Below, one piece after another: positions 48,501 to 56,671 of a DNA stretch of 64,000 nucleotides. Under the pieces are notes generated by a model. That model saw only the letters and a list, made by a program, of their open reading frames with translations, was not told where the DNA came from and did no database searches. This DNA comes from Salinivirgaceae bacterium (GTDB taxonomy: Bacteria; Bacteroidota; Bacteroidia; Bacteroidales; SZUA-534), in contig JAGCNL010000031.1 of assembly GCA_017645945.1 (NCBI GenBank), forward strand, positions 140,615 to 204,614. Reading direction: 5' to 3'. Positions within the stretch are counted from its first letter, which is position 1, and every line of letters begins with the position of its first letter. The translations under genes were made by a program, and so were the position numbers.

Positions 48501-49421
48501 TCACACCGCCCTATATTGATTCGGCGTCAACCCCGTCTGGCTCTTGAAGAATTTCGAGAAAAACGACTGGTTCGGGAAGTTCAGTTCAATTGATATCTCC
48601 TTGATAGTCATATCGGAAAACCTCAACATCGATTTTGCCGACATAATCACAAATCCGTCAATCCACTCTGGAGCCGAGCGGCCGCTTACCTCACGCACGA
48701 CTTTCGACAGATATTTCGGCGTAACGCACAGTTTATCAGCATAAAAGCCAACCATTCGCTCGGTATTGTGATTGTCTTTCACTAGTTTCATAAACGCCTC
48801 GAACATTCGGCGCTGGCGCGTGTTGTCGGGCAAGGCGGCGGCGCGGATGTTCTCGTCGCGCAGATAATCGTCGACGTAACTGGCAAACTGGTAAAACACC
48901 GACGACATAACCGCCCCCACGCTCTCGCGCACATATTTGGCCGTTGAGCCAGTGATTTTGTAAATCAGGTCGACATAGTTTGAAAGCAGGCGTATCTCGC
49001 TGTCAGTTATCTTGATACACGGATTCTGCAGCAGCGCCAGAGCCTCGGAGAAAAGCGAGTTGAAATCGACGCTCGCATTCGAGATGTAATCGACCGAAAC
49101 GGCTATAAACGTGAAACTTGCGTTGCTCAAGGCCTGCTCCAAATCGGGCGAGGTGATGCGCACAATGTTGCCTGGCGTGATGACCATAAGCATTCCGCGG
49201 CTCAGCGTGTACTCGTTCATATTCAGCATACACGAGATGCTGCCGCTGCTGCAAAACACTGCCATATAGCAATTTATGCGCAGCGGATGGCTGAACGCCG
49301 AAATGTTGTTAAGGTTCCGCTGCCGCGATACAACAAAATCGTCGCCAATTGAAATATTGGTGCCCGAGGTGAGCATGCTGGTGATGACTGACGGCGTAAT
49401 GTGAGTTTCCTTATTCTTCAT
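48501..49421 (-). CDS. AraC-family transcriptional regulator
   Basis: C-terminal HTH region LCVTPKYLSKVVREVSGRSAPEWIDGFVIMSAKSMLRFSDMTIKEISIELNFPNQSFFSKFFKSQTGLTPNQYR. Confidence 0.85.
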   Translation of the reverse strand: MKNKETHITPSVITSMLTSGTNISIGDDFVVSRQRNLNNISAFSHPLRINCYMAVFCSSGSISCMLNMNEYTLSRGMLMVITPGNIVRITSPDLEQALSNASFTFIAVSVDYISNASVDFNSLFSEALALLQNPCIKITDSEIRLLSNYVDLIYKITGSTAKYVRESVGAVMSSVFYQFASYVDDYLRDENIRAAALPDNTRQRRMFEAFMKLVKDNHNTERMVGFYADKLCVTPKYLSKVVREVSGRSAPEWIDGFVIMSAKSMLRFSDMTIKEISIELNFPNQSFFSKFFKSQTGLTPNQYRAV

Positions 49422-49564
49422 ACTTATTATGTATCACTCGTTTTGTCTATTTTTTCGACAAATAAAGCACAAATATTTCATATTTTAATTTATTAAGCCG
49501 ATTTTTTCGACCTTTTGACCAATTCTTACTACAAATACGTAACCACTATCCGAATTGGCCACCA

Positions 49565-49572
49565 TATTTTTG
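49565..49572 (+). promoter_or_regulatory. -7 promoter motif TATTTTTG
   Basis: Exact TAnnTTTG, 20 nt upstream of ATG 49592. Confidence 0.4.
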
Positions 49573-49591
49573 CAGCAAATAAGAACGAGAT

Positions 49592-51085
49592 ATGAATATT
49601 AGAGTTAAAATTTTGACACCGCTTGTGCTGATTTGCCTGACAAACATTGCTTTAGGCCAATCGGCACTAACTCTTCAAGAGTGCCGCGACATGGCTCTCA
49701 AAAACAATCAACAGTCGAAAATCGCGCATGAGAAGTTAAGCGCTGCCGAGTACGAGAAAAAGGCCGCCTTTGCCAACTATCTGCCAAAGATTTCAGCCAC
49801 AGGCGCTTACCTACACAATAGCGAGAACATCTCGCTCATTAGCGACGACCAGTCGGCTGCGCTGACAAATTTGGGTACGAATATGGTGACTTCAATCGGC
49901 AGCCGCTTGCCTGGACTTATGCAAGACCCTGCGCTCGCAAATTTAATCCAGAACAGCCCAGCAGTGCAACAAATGATAGGAAAACTCCAGAATGGTGAAA
50001 TAGCCACAGCGCTCAACGAGATTGGCTCAAACCTCGCTAGCGAGTTCGAAATGGACATTGCCAACATTTATGTGGGTGCTGTGACAGTTGAAGAGCCACT
50101 CTACGCTGGCGGCAAAATCCGCGCCTACAACAAGGTTACGGCTTATGCCAAAGAGTTGGCCGAAGCCCAAATGTCGGGCGAGGATCAGAAAGTGATGGTA
50201 AGCGTCGATGAAGCTTACTGGCAGATTGTGTCGATAGCCAACAAATTGAAACTCACCGAGAAATACGTCGAACTTCTGCGCAAACTGAATGCCGATGTCG
50301 AGAAGATGCGCGGCGAGGGTCTTGCCACTCAAGCCGACCAATTCTCTGTAAAAGTGAAACTTAACGATGGCGAAATGAAGTTGGTGAAAGCCCGCAACGG
50401 ACTGGCTTTGTCGAAAATGCTGCTCTGCCAACTTTGCGGAATGGACCTTCACACCGACATTACTCTTGCCGACGAAACCAATGAAAATCTGACAGTTCCT
50501 GCCGACACCGTTATTTACACACAAGAGGAAATCGATGAGAATCGCGTTGAGTTGAAAAGCCTGCGGTTGGCATCTGAAATGTACAATCAGAAAGTATCGA
50601 TTGTACGTGCCGATTACCTGCCAACTGTAGCATTGTTAGGCAGTTACACGCTTACAAATCCGTCGGCGCAGAACGGGTTCCAGAACAAGTTTGGCGATAT
50701 GCTGAGTTTTGGCGTTGTGGCACGAATTCCAATCTACCACTTCGGCGAGGGTATGAACAAGGTGAACAAAGCCAAAGCCGAAGCGCGAATCGCGCAGTAC
50801 CAATTGGACGAGGCCCGCAACAAGATAACGCTGCAAGTAACTCAATATGAGCAACGTATCAAAGAGGCTGACTCGCGGCTCGAACTGGCGTCGGGCAATA
50901 TGGAAAATGCCGAAGAGAACCTGAGAATGGCCAACATCGGTTTCAAAGAAGGTTATCTGGCATCGACAAGCGTGCTCGAGGCTCAAACTGCTTGGCTGCA
51001 AGCCCATTCCGAAGAAATCGACGCTAAAATCGACAAGATTATGGCGATAGTTTATCTGCGGCAAGCGACAGGACAACTTAAATAA
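49592..51085 (+). CDS. TolC-family outer-membrane efflux protein
   Basis: Signal peptide. LTLQECRDMALKNNQQSKIAHEKLSAAEYEKKAAFANYLPKISATGAY is a typical TolC/OEP N-terminus. Two-repeat architecture. Confidence 0.85.
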   Translation: MNIRVKILTPLVLICLTNIALGQSALTLQECRDMALKNNQQSKIAHEKLSAAEYEKKAAFANYLPKISATGAYLHNSENISLISDDQSAALTNLGTNMVTSIGSRLPGLMQDPALANLIQNSPAVQQMIGKLQNGEIATALNEIGSNLASEFEMDIANIYVGAVTVEEPLYAGGKIRAYNKVTAYAKELAEAQMSGEDQKVMVSVDEAYWQIVSIANKLKLTEKYVELLRKLNADVEKMRGEGLATQADQFSVKVKLNDGEMKLVKARNGLALSKMLLCQLCGMDLHTDITLADETNENLTVPADTVIYTQEEIDENRVELKSLRLASEMYNQKVSIVRADYLPTVALLGSYTLTNPSAQNGFQNKFGDMLSFGVVARIPIYHFGEGMNKVNKAKAEARIAQYQLDEARNKITLQVTQYEQRIKEADSRLELASGNMENAEENLRMANIGFKEGYLASTSVLEAQTAWLQAHSEEIDAKIDKIMAIVYLRQATGQLK

Positions 51086-51127
51086 TTCAGAATGTAGAAT
51101 TTAGAATTCAGAATGAAGAATTTGGAA
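51086..51127. repeat. Six tandem heptamers TNNAGAA directly after the tolC-like stop
   Basis: TTCAGAA, TGTAGAA, TTTAGAA, TTCAGAA, TGAAGAA, TTTGGAA. Weaker 7-8-nt periodicity continues to ATG 51174. Confidence 0.85.
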
Positions 51128-51173
51128 AATTCAATAAATCAGAAAATCAATTAATCAATAAATACTTAAAGTT

Positions 51174-52163
51174 ATGGAAATCAATAAACAAGAAAAAAAC
51201 ATCATCCTATCGCTGGTAGCCCTGGGCTCGGTCATTGCGATAGTGTGCATTATCGGCATCGTCATCTTCCACCAGAAAGAGACCGAATTCATTCAGGGAC
51301 AGGCCGAAGTGAACGAATACCGCGTGTCGAGCAAGGTGCCTGGGCGCATTCTGGAAATCCGCGTACGCGAAGGCCAACGTGTGAAGGCTGGCGATACTCT
51401 GGCGATTCTCGAGGCACCCGATATTGAAGCAAAACTTGCTCAGGCAAAGGCTGTTAAGACTGCTGCTTCGGCACAGAACGCCAAGGCTCAAAAAGGCGCT
51501 CGCCAAGAGGAAATTCAAGGTGCATACGAGTTGTGGCAGAAGGCCAAAGCAGGACTCGAGATTATGGAAAAATCGTACAAGCGTGTCGAAAATCTTTACA
51601 ATGAGGGCGTTGTGAGCGAGCAGAAACGCGACGAGACCAAAGCTCAGTACGATGCTGCCGTGGCCACCGAGAAAGCCGCTCACGCACAATACACAATGGC
51701 TCAAAACGGCGCCGAGAGCGAGACCAAGGCAATGGTCGCCGCGCAAGTGCGTCAGGCTGAGGGCGTTGTGGCTGAGGTGAACGCCTATATCGACGAGACA
51801 ATCCTCACCGCCTCAATCGACGGCGAGGTGAGCGAGATTTTCCCAATGACGGGCGAACTCGTGGGCACAGGCGCACCCATTATGAACATTGCCGTTATCG
51901 ACGACCTTTGGGCAACATTCAACGTGCGCGAGGACCTTCTTCGTGACCTGAAAATGGACGCAGAAATTACAGGTTACGTTCCCGCACTTGACCGCAATAT
52001 CAATCTGAAAATCAACTATATGAAAGATATCGGCTCGTACGCCACCTGGAAGGCCACCAAAGCCACAGGCCAGTACGACCTCAAGACGTTCGAGGTTCGC
52101 GCCGTGCCAACCGAAAAGGTTGAAGGCTTGCGACCTGGAATGTCGGTGTTGATTGAGAAATAG
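51174..52163 (+). CDS. HlyD-family membrane fusion (periplasmic adaptor) protein
   Basis: N-terminal TM segment. VSSKVPGRILEIRVREGQRVKAGDTLAILE is a lipoyl-like domain. Followed by a coiled-coil and a beta-barrel C-terminus. Confidence 0.85.
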   Translation: MEINKQEKNIILSLVALGSVIAIVCIIGIVIFHQKETEFIQGQAEVNEYRVSSKVPGRILEIRVREGQRVKAGDTLAILEAPDIEAKLAQAKAVKTAASAQNAKAQKGARQEEIQGAYELWQKAKAGLEIMEKSYKRVENLYNEGVVSEQKRDETKAQYDAAVATEKAAHAQYTMAQNGAESETKAMVAAQVRQAEGVVAEVNAYIDETILTASIDGEVSEIFPMTGELVGTGAPIMNIAVIDDLWATFNVREDLLRDLKMDAEITGYVPALDRNINLKINYMKDIGSYATWKATKATGQYDLKTFEVRAVPTEKVEGLRPGMSVLIEK

Positions 52164-52232
52164 TTACAAGTGACAAGTTGCAAGTGATAAGTAATTAGTT
52201 AAAGAGGCATAAGGCACAAGGCATAAGGGAAT
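52163..52232. repeat. Ten tandem heptamers in two families
   Basis: First family: GTTACAA, GTGACAA, GTTGCAA, GTGATAA, GTAATTA, GTTAAAG (52163-52204). Second family: AGGCATA, AGGCACA, AGGCATA, AGGGAAT (52205-52232). TAAAC-rich repeats follow up to ATG 52347. Confidence 0.85.
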
Positions 52233-52346
52233 TGATTTAAAAGGTTAAGAGGGTTTAGAAAACAGCGAATCGCTAAACTTTAAACCCGTTAAACCTGTTA
52301 AACATTAAACTAAACACTTACCTCTCACCTTCTCAACTTTAAAGAA

Positions 52347-53522
52347 ATGGGCTCAAAAAAGAGAATACGATTGCTGTTGTTGTTGCGACGTGAAATGCGG
52401 CGGCTGGCTTCGCGGCCGATATACTGGATGAGTATGGTCGGCGCACCGCTTATCTGCTTCATTTTCTTCACAACACTGATGAGCGACGGTCTGCCGCAAA
52501 ACATTCCCGTGGCCGCTGTCGATGCCGACAACACTGCCACCTCGCGGTCGATTCTGCGCAACCTCGACGCTTTCCAGCAGACCGAGATTGTGCACCAATA
52601 CTCGAACTTCGCCGAGGCGCGAAAGGCAATGCAGGAAGGAAAAATCTACGGATTCTTCTACATTCCCGAAGGCACCACTCGCAAGGCCAACCGCAGCGAG
52701 CAGCCGCGCATATCGTTCTACACCAACGCCTCGTACCTGATTCCCGCGTCGCTGGTCTATCGCGATATGAAGATGATGGCCGAACTGGCTGCTGGTGCCG
52801 CTGGACGCACCTCGCTACTCGCCCGCGGCTACACCGATGACCAGGCGATGGCCTTTCTGCAACCAATCAAAATCGACACTCACGCAATCAGCAATCCGTG
52901 GCTTAACTACTCTGTCTATCTGAGCAATACACTGCTTCCTGCCGTGCTGATGCTGATGATTTTCCTTGTGACCATTTTCGCGGTTCAAACCGAACTGAAA
53001 GACGGCACTGGCCGCCAATGGATTGAACTCGCGGGCGGCCGCACCTGGCTTGCGCTCTTTGGCAAACTGCTGCCGCACACCGTCATTTTCACACTGATGA
53101 TAGTCTTCGCGCAGATTTACCTCTACAAACTGCTCAACTTCCCGCTCAACGGCGCTATGTGGCATATGCTGTTGTTGGGACTGATGTTTGTGCTGGCGTC
53201 GCAGAATCTGGCGCTGTTCATTTGCGGACTGATACCGTCGCTGCGGTGGTCGCTGAGCCTTGCCACGCTGTGGGGCGTGCTGTCGTTCCCAATCTGCGGC
53301 TTCTCGTTCCCCGTGATGGCAATGCCGCCAGCCATTCAGAGCCTTTCGGCGATGTTTCCGCTGCGGTACTATTTTCTGATTTACGTCGACCAGGCGCTCA
53401 ACGGATGGTCGCTGCAATATTCGGCGCAATACTATGCCATATTGCTGATATTCATTCTGTTGCCGTTGACCAATATGCACCGACTCAAACACTCGATGCT
53501 GAATTACGAATATCTTCCATAA
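52347..53522 (+). CDS. ABC-2-type transporter permease
   Basis: One N-terminal TM segment, a large periplasmic loop and a C-terminal 5-TM bundle, as in YhhJ/YbhS-like ABC-2 permeases. Confidence 0.75.
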   Translation: MGSKKRIRLLLLLRREMRRLASRPIYWMSMVGAPLICFIFFTTLMSDGLPQNIPVAAVDADNTATSRSILRNLDAFQQTEIVHQYSNFAEARKAMQEGKIYGFFYIPEGTTRKANRSEQPRISFYTNASYLIPASLVYRDMKMMAELAAGAAGRTSLLARGYTDDQAMAFLQPIKIDTHAISNPWLNYSVYLSNTLLPAVLMLMIFLVTIFAVQTELKDGTGRQWIELAGGRTWLALFGKLLPHTVIFTLMIVFAQIYLYKLLNFPLNGAMWHMLLLGLMFVLASQNLALFICGLIPSLRWSLSLATLWGVLSFPICGFSFPVMAMPPAIQSLSAMFPLRYYFLIYVDQALNGWSLQYSAQYYAILLIFILLPLTNMHRLKHSMLNYEYLP

Positions 53523-53532
53523 CCCACTGACT

Positions 53533-54744
53533 ATGAGTTTTATAAAGAATGTCATAAATGTTTGGAACGTCGAAACCCGCAAGTTTATCGTTGACGATGG
53601 CGTGCTGGTTTTCTTCCTGGTAGTGCCGTTCCTCTACCCTCTTCTTTATATGTATCTATATAGTAGAGAGGTGGTTAGAGAAGTGCCAGCGGTGGTTGTC
53701 GATGACAGTCATTCGGCCTTGAGCCGCGAGTTTATCCGCAATGTCGATGCCTCGCCCGATGTTCAGATTATTGACCACTGCAGCGATATTGAGTCGGCTA
53801 AGTTGCAGATTAAGAACCACAACGCTTACGGCGTTATCTGGATTCCAGCCGATTTCAACAAAGACATTGCCGAAGGTCGGCAGACGCAGGTTAGCATTTA
53901 CGCCGATATGAGCGGCCTGCTCTACTACAAATCGCTCTTGAGCGCCTGCACCGAGGTCTCGCTCGATATGAACAAAGAGATTAAGGCCGTGCGGCTGTCG
54001 GGCTTGAGCGACCGCGAGAAGGAAGTGGCCGTACAACCAATTGAGTATGATTACGTTCCGATGTTCAACTCGCAAAACGGCTTTTCAACATTCATACTTC
54101 CAGCCGTGCTGATGCTGCTGCTTCAGCAGACACTGGTTTTGGGCATAACAATGATGGCTGGAACCGAGCGTGAACGCCGCCGCCACAAGCACCTGCAACT
54201 GTCAGAGCACTACGGCAGCCCAATCGATGTGCTTACAGGCAAGGGGCTCGCCTACTTCATTTTCTATTGCCTGATTTCGTTCTACGTTCTGTGCATTGTG
54301 CCGAAATTGTTCGGCTTCAACCAGTTGTGGAACTTCTTCGATTTGGCGATGTTCACCATTCCGTTCCTGCTGGCCTCGGTGTTCTTCGCAATCAGCCTGT
54401 CGACATTTGTCAACGACCGCGAATCGTGCTTCTTGCTGTTCGTCTTCATATCGGTGCCGCTGCTGTTCATTTCGGGCATTTCGTGGCCTGCTTGCAGCAT
54501 TCCAACATTCTGGAAATATGTGTCTTACATTTTCCCGTCAACCTTTGGAATAAACGGCTTCGTGCGGATGACCAACTCTGGCGCCCTCCTGCCCGACGTC
54601 AAAACCGAGTACATTGCCCTCTGGGTGCAGGCTGGCGTTTACTTTATGACCGCGCTGCTGCTCTACATTAAACTCTACCGCTCCGAATCAACCCCCGAAA
54701 CCGAGGAGGAGATTGTGATGGATTTGGATGTGGAGAAGGATTGA
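53533..54744 (+). CDS. ABC-2-type transporter permease (paralogue)
   Basis: Same architecture as the preceding gene. Confidence 0.75.
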   Translation: MSFIKNVINVWNVETRKFIVDDGVLVFFLVVPFLYPLLYMYLYSREVVREVPAVVVDDSHSALSREFIRNVDASPDVQIIDHCSDIESAKLQIKNHNAYGVIWIPADFNKDIAEGRQTQVSIYADMSGLLYYKSLLSACTEVSLDMNKEIKAVRLSGLSDREKEVAVQPIEYDYVPMFNSQNGFSTFILPAVLMLLLQQTLVLGITMMAGTERERRRHKHLQLSEHYGSPIDVLTGKGLAYFIFYCLISFYVLCIVPKLFGFNQLWNFFDLAMFTIPFLLASVFFAISLSTFVNDRESCFLLFVFISVPLLFISGISWPACSIPTFWKYVSYIFPSTFGINGFVRMTNSGALLPDVKTEYIALWVQAGVYFMTALLLYIKLYRSESTPETEEEIVMDLDVEKD

Positions 54745-54817
54745 GCGCTCAATGTTTTTTAATCGACAGTAAACGCAATAATCTATCTTTCAATATATCA
54801 GCAATAATAAAAATATA

Positions 54818-54825
54818 TATCTTTG
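54818..54825 (+). promoter_or_regulatory. -7 promoter motif TATCTTTG
   Basis: Exact TAnnTTTG, 28 nt upstream of ATG 54853. Confidence 0.4.
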
Positions 54826-54852
54826 GAATTGTAATCATTAAATCACTGAACA

Positions 54853-55866
54853 ATGAAGAAGATATTACTATCTGCTATCTGCATTGCCGCATGCGCTTTT
54901 ACAGCCAATGCGCAACTTGGCAGCAGCATGCTGAAACAAGCTGCAAGCAAAGCTGCAAAGAAAACCACCGAAAAAACGATTGAGAAAGCAACCGACAGAA
55001 TTTCGGACAAGGCCTCCGATGCAATCGACAAAGAGATTGAAAAAGGTTTGTCGAGCGAGCCTTCGCAATCACAGTCGCAGTCGCAGGCCCAATCGCAAGA
55101 GCCTGTTAAACCTCAATCGATTATCGATATTATGAAGCAACTGCCTGCCGTTCCAACGGTTCAGCAACTGGCAAACTACAAATCGGCTGAACTTAACGAA
55201 CAGACAATCAGGCTAATGGCAAGCCCTGTTATGTCGTTCAAGACCAAATCAACCACTCTCGCAATTCAGGCAATGACATTCTCGTACGCCAATGCCGACA
55301 GCGCACAAGTAATGGAGACAGCCTACAAGCAGGCCGAAATGATGACTGGCTTGACCCGCGAGGAGATTGACAAACTGTCGGAAATGTCAGAAGAAGAACA
55401 ACAAGCTTATCTTGAAGCCCACTACAAACAAGGGCAGGCTGAGGCCGCCCTTCTGGAGCAAGCCGCCGACGCTGGCGAGTATCTGGAGCCACTCCAACCG
55501 CTGATTGACGAGTGGGATGCCATTGGAAAGAAAGTTGAAGGAATTTTTGCCGATGCCGACAACCAATGCAAAACAATATACGCCAAATATGCCAAAGACC
55601 TTGAAAACCAGGGCGAAGCATACAAATCGGCGGCTTTGAAATACTACACTGAGATTGCGCCAATCCAGCGCAAGGCCGTTCTCGAAGCCATGAAGATTCG
55701 CATGGACGAACAGATTCCCGCAGCCGAAAAAATCGAAAAAGAGATGATTCCAATCCGTGCCGAGCACCACGATATAATATCGGCCTTGCTAAACTATCCA
55801 CAATTAACTGCAACACAATATTTTACTGACACCGAACATTTGTTTGGCATCCCCACATACAAATAA
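54853..55866 (+). CDS. Hypothetical secreted helical protein with an SQ-repeat linker
   Basis: Signal MKKILLSAICIAACAFTANAQ. SQSQSQSQAQSQ is encoded at 55063-55098. I recognise no family. Confidence 0.65.
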   Translation: MKKILLSAICIAACAFTANAQLGSSMLKQAASKAAKKTTEKTIEKATDRISDKASDAIDKEIEKGLSSEPSQSQSQSQAQSQEPVKPQSIIDIMKQLPAVPTVQQLANYKSAELNEQTIRLMASPVMSFKTKSTTLAIQAMTFSYANADSAQVMETAYKQAEMMTGLTREEIDKLSEMSEEEQQAYLEAHYKQGQAEAALLEQAADAGEYLEPLQPLIDEWDAIGKKVEGIFADADNQCKTIYAKYAKDLENQGEAYKSAALKYYTEIAPIQRKAVLEAMKIRMDEQIPAAEKIEKEMIPIRAEHHDIISALLNYPQLTATQYFTDTEHLFGIPTYK

Positions 55867-55886
55867 GCCGGGGAACACAACTTTTG

Positions 55887-55926
55887 AACCACCATACACA
55901 ACCTGACAAAGGCTGGTATGGTGGTT
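55887..55926 (+). terminator. 11-bp hairpin after the 337-aa gene (no clear U-tract)
   Basis: AACCACCATAC/GTATGGTGGTT with an 18-nt loop, followed by AATTGTA x2. Confidence 0.4.
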
Positions 55927-55961
55927 AATTGTAATTGTAAAACACTTTAAACCTTTATTTT

Positions 55962-56546
55962 ATGGAAATTAAAATGCCGACACTGCCGTATGCACCCGAT
56001 GCGCTGGCACCTGTCATCAGCAACAAAACTATTGATTTTCACTACGGAAAACATCTGCAAGGCTATGTGAACACGCTTGCAAAACTCATCGAAGGAACCG
56101 CATTTGCCGGCAAGAGCGTTGAAGATATTGTCCGTGAGGCTCCTGACGGCCCTGTTTTCAATAATGCAGGACAGATTTTTAACCACACTTTCTATTTCAT
56201 GCAGTTGCAACCCGCCACTGCCGACAACAAGCCGCAAGGCCGCTTGGCTGAGGCTATCAACGCCGCGTTCGGCAGCTTTGAGGAGTTTAAAACACAGTTT
56301 GCACAGGCGGCAACCACACTTTTCGGCTCAGGCTGGGCTTGGCTTTCACAGGATGCCAATGGTAAACTGCTGATAACCAAAGAGACTAATGCCAATTGCC
56401 CTCTGCGGAACGGTTTGAACCCGCTGTTTGTGATTGATGTTTGGGAACATGCCTATTACATTGATTACCAAAACCGTAGAGCCGATTACGTTGCCGACTT
56501 CTGGAACCTTGTGAATTGGAATGTGGTGGCAGAAAGGCTGAAATAG
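55962..56546 (+). CDS. sodB: Fe/Mn superoxide dismutase
   Basis: MPTLPYAPDALAPVISNKTIDFHYGKHLQGYV, FNNAGQIFNHTFYF and DVWEHAYYIDYQNRRADYV are the metal-ligand blocks. Confidence 0.95.
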   Translation: MEIKMPTLPYAPDALAPVISNKTIDFHYGKHLQGYVNTLAKLIEGTAFAGKSVEDIVREAPDGPVFNNAGQIFNHTFYFMQLQPATADNKPQGRLAEAINAAFGSFEEFKTQFAQAATTLFGSGWAWLSQDANGKLLITKETNANCPLRNGLNPLFVIDVWEHAYYIDYQNRRADYVADFWNLVNWNVVAERLK

Positions 56547-56590
56547 GCACAAGCCGACGAGAAAAATAAACTCACAATTGGCCAAATATA

Positions 56591-56619
56591 AAGCCGCTCC
56601 CATCAGGAGCGGCTTTTTT
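56591..56619 (+). terminator. Rho-independent terminator (shared by convergent genes)
   Basis: 10-bp stem AAGCCGCTCC/GGAGCGGCTT with a 5-nt loop, then U6. Confidence 0.8.
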
Positions 56620-56671
56620 ATTGTCTTTATAACCGATTTGCCTAAGTCTGTCAAGGATTTTTGAAGAATCA

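Noticed and set aside
51086-52346. Heptamer arrays as a CRISPR array or minisatellite-encoded peptide.
   Set aside because: The units are 7 nt with no unique spacers, and no cas genes are present. The arrays contain stop codons in the relevant frames.
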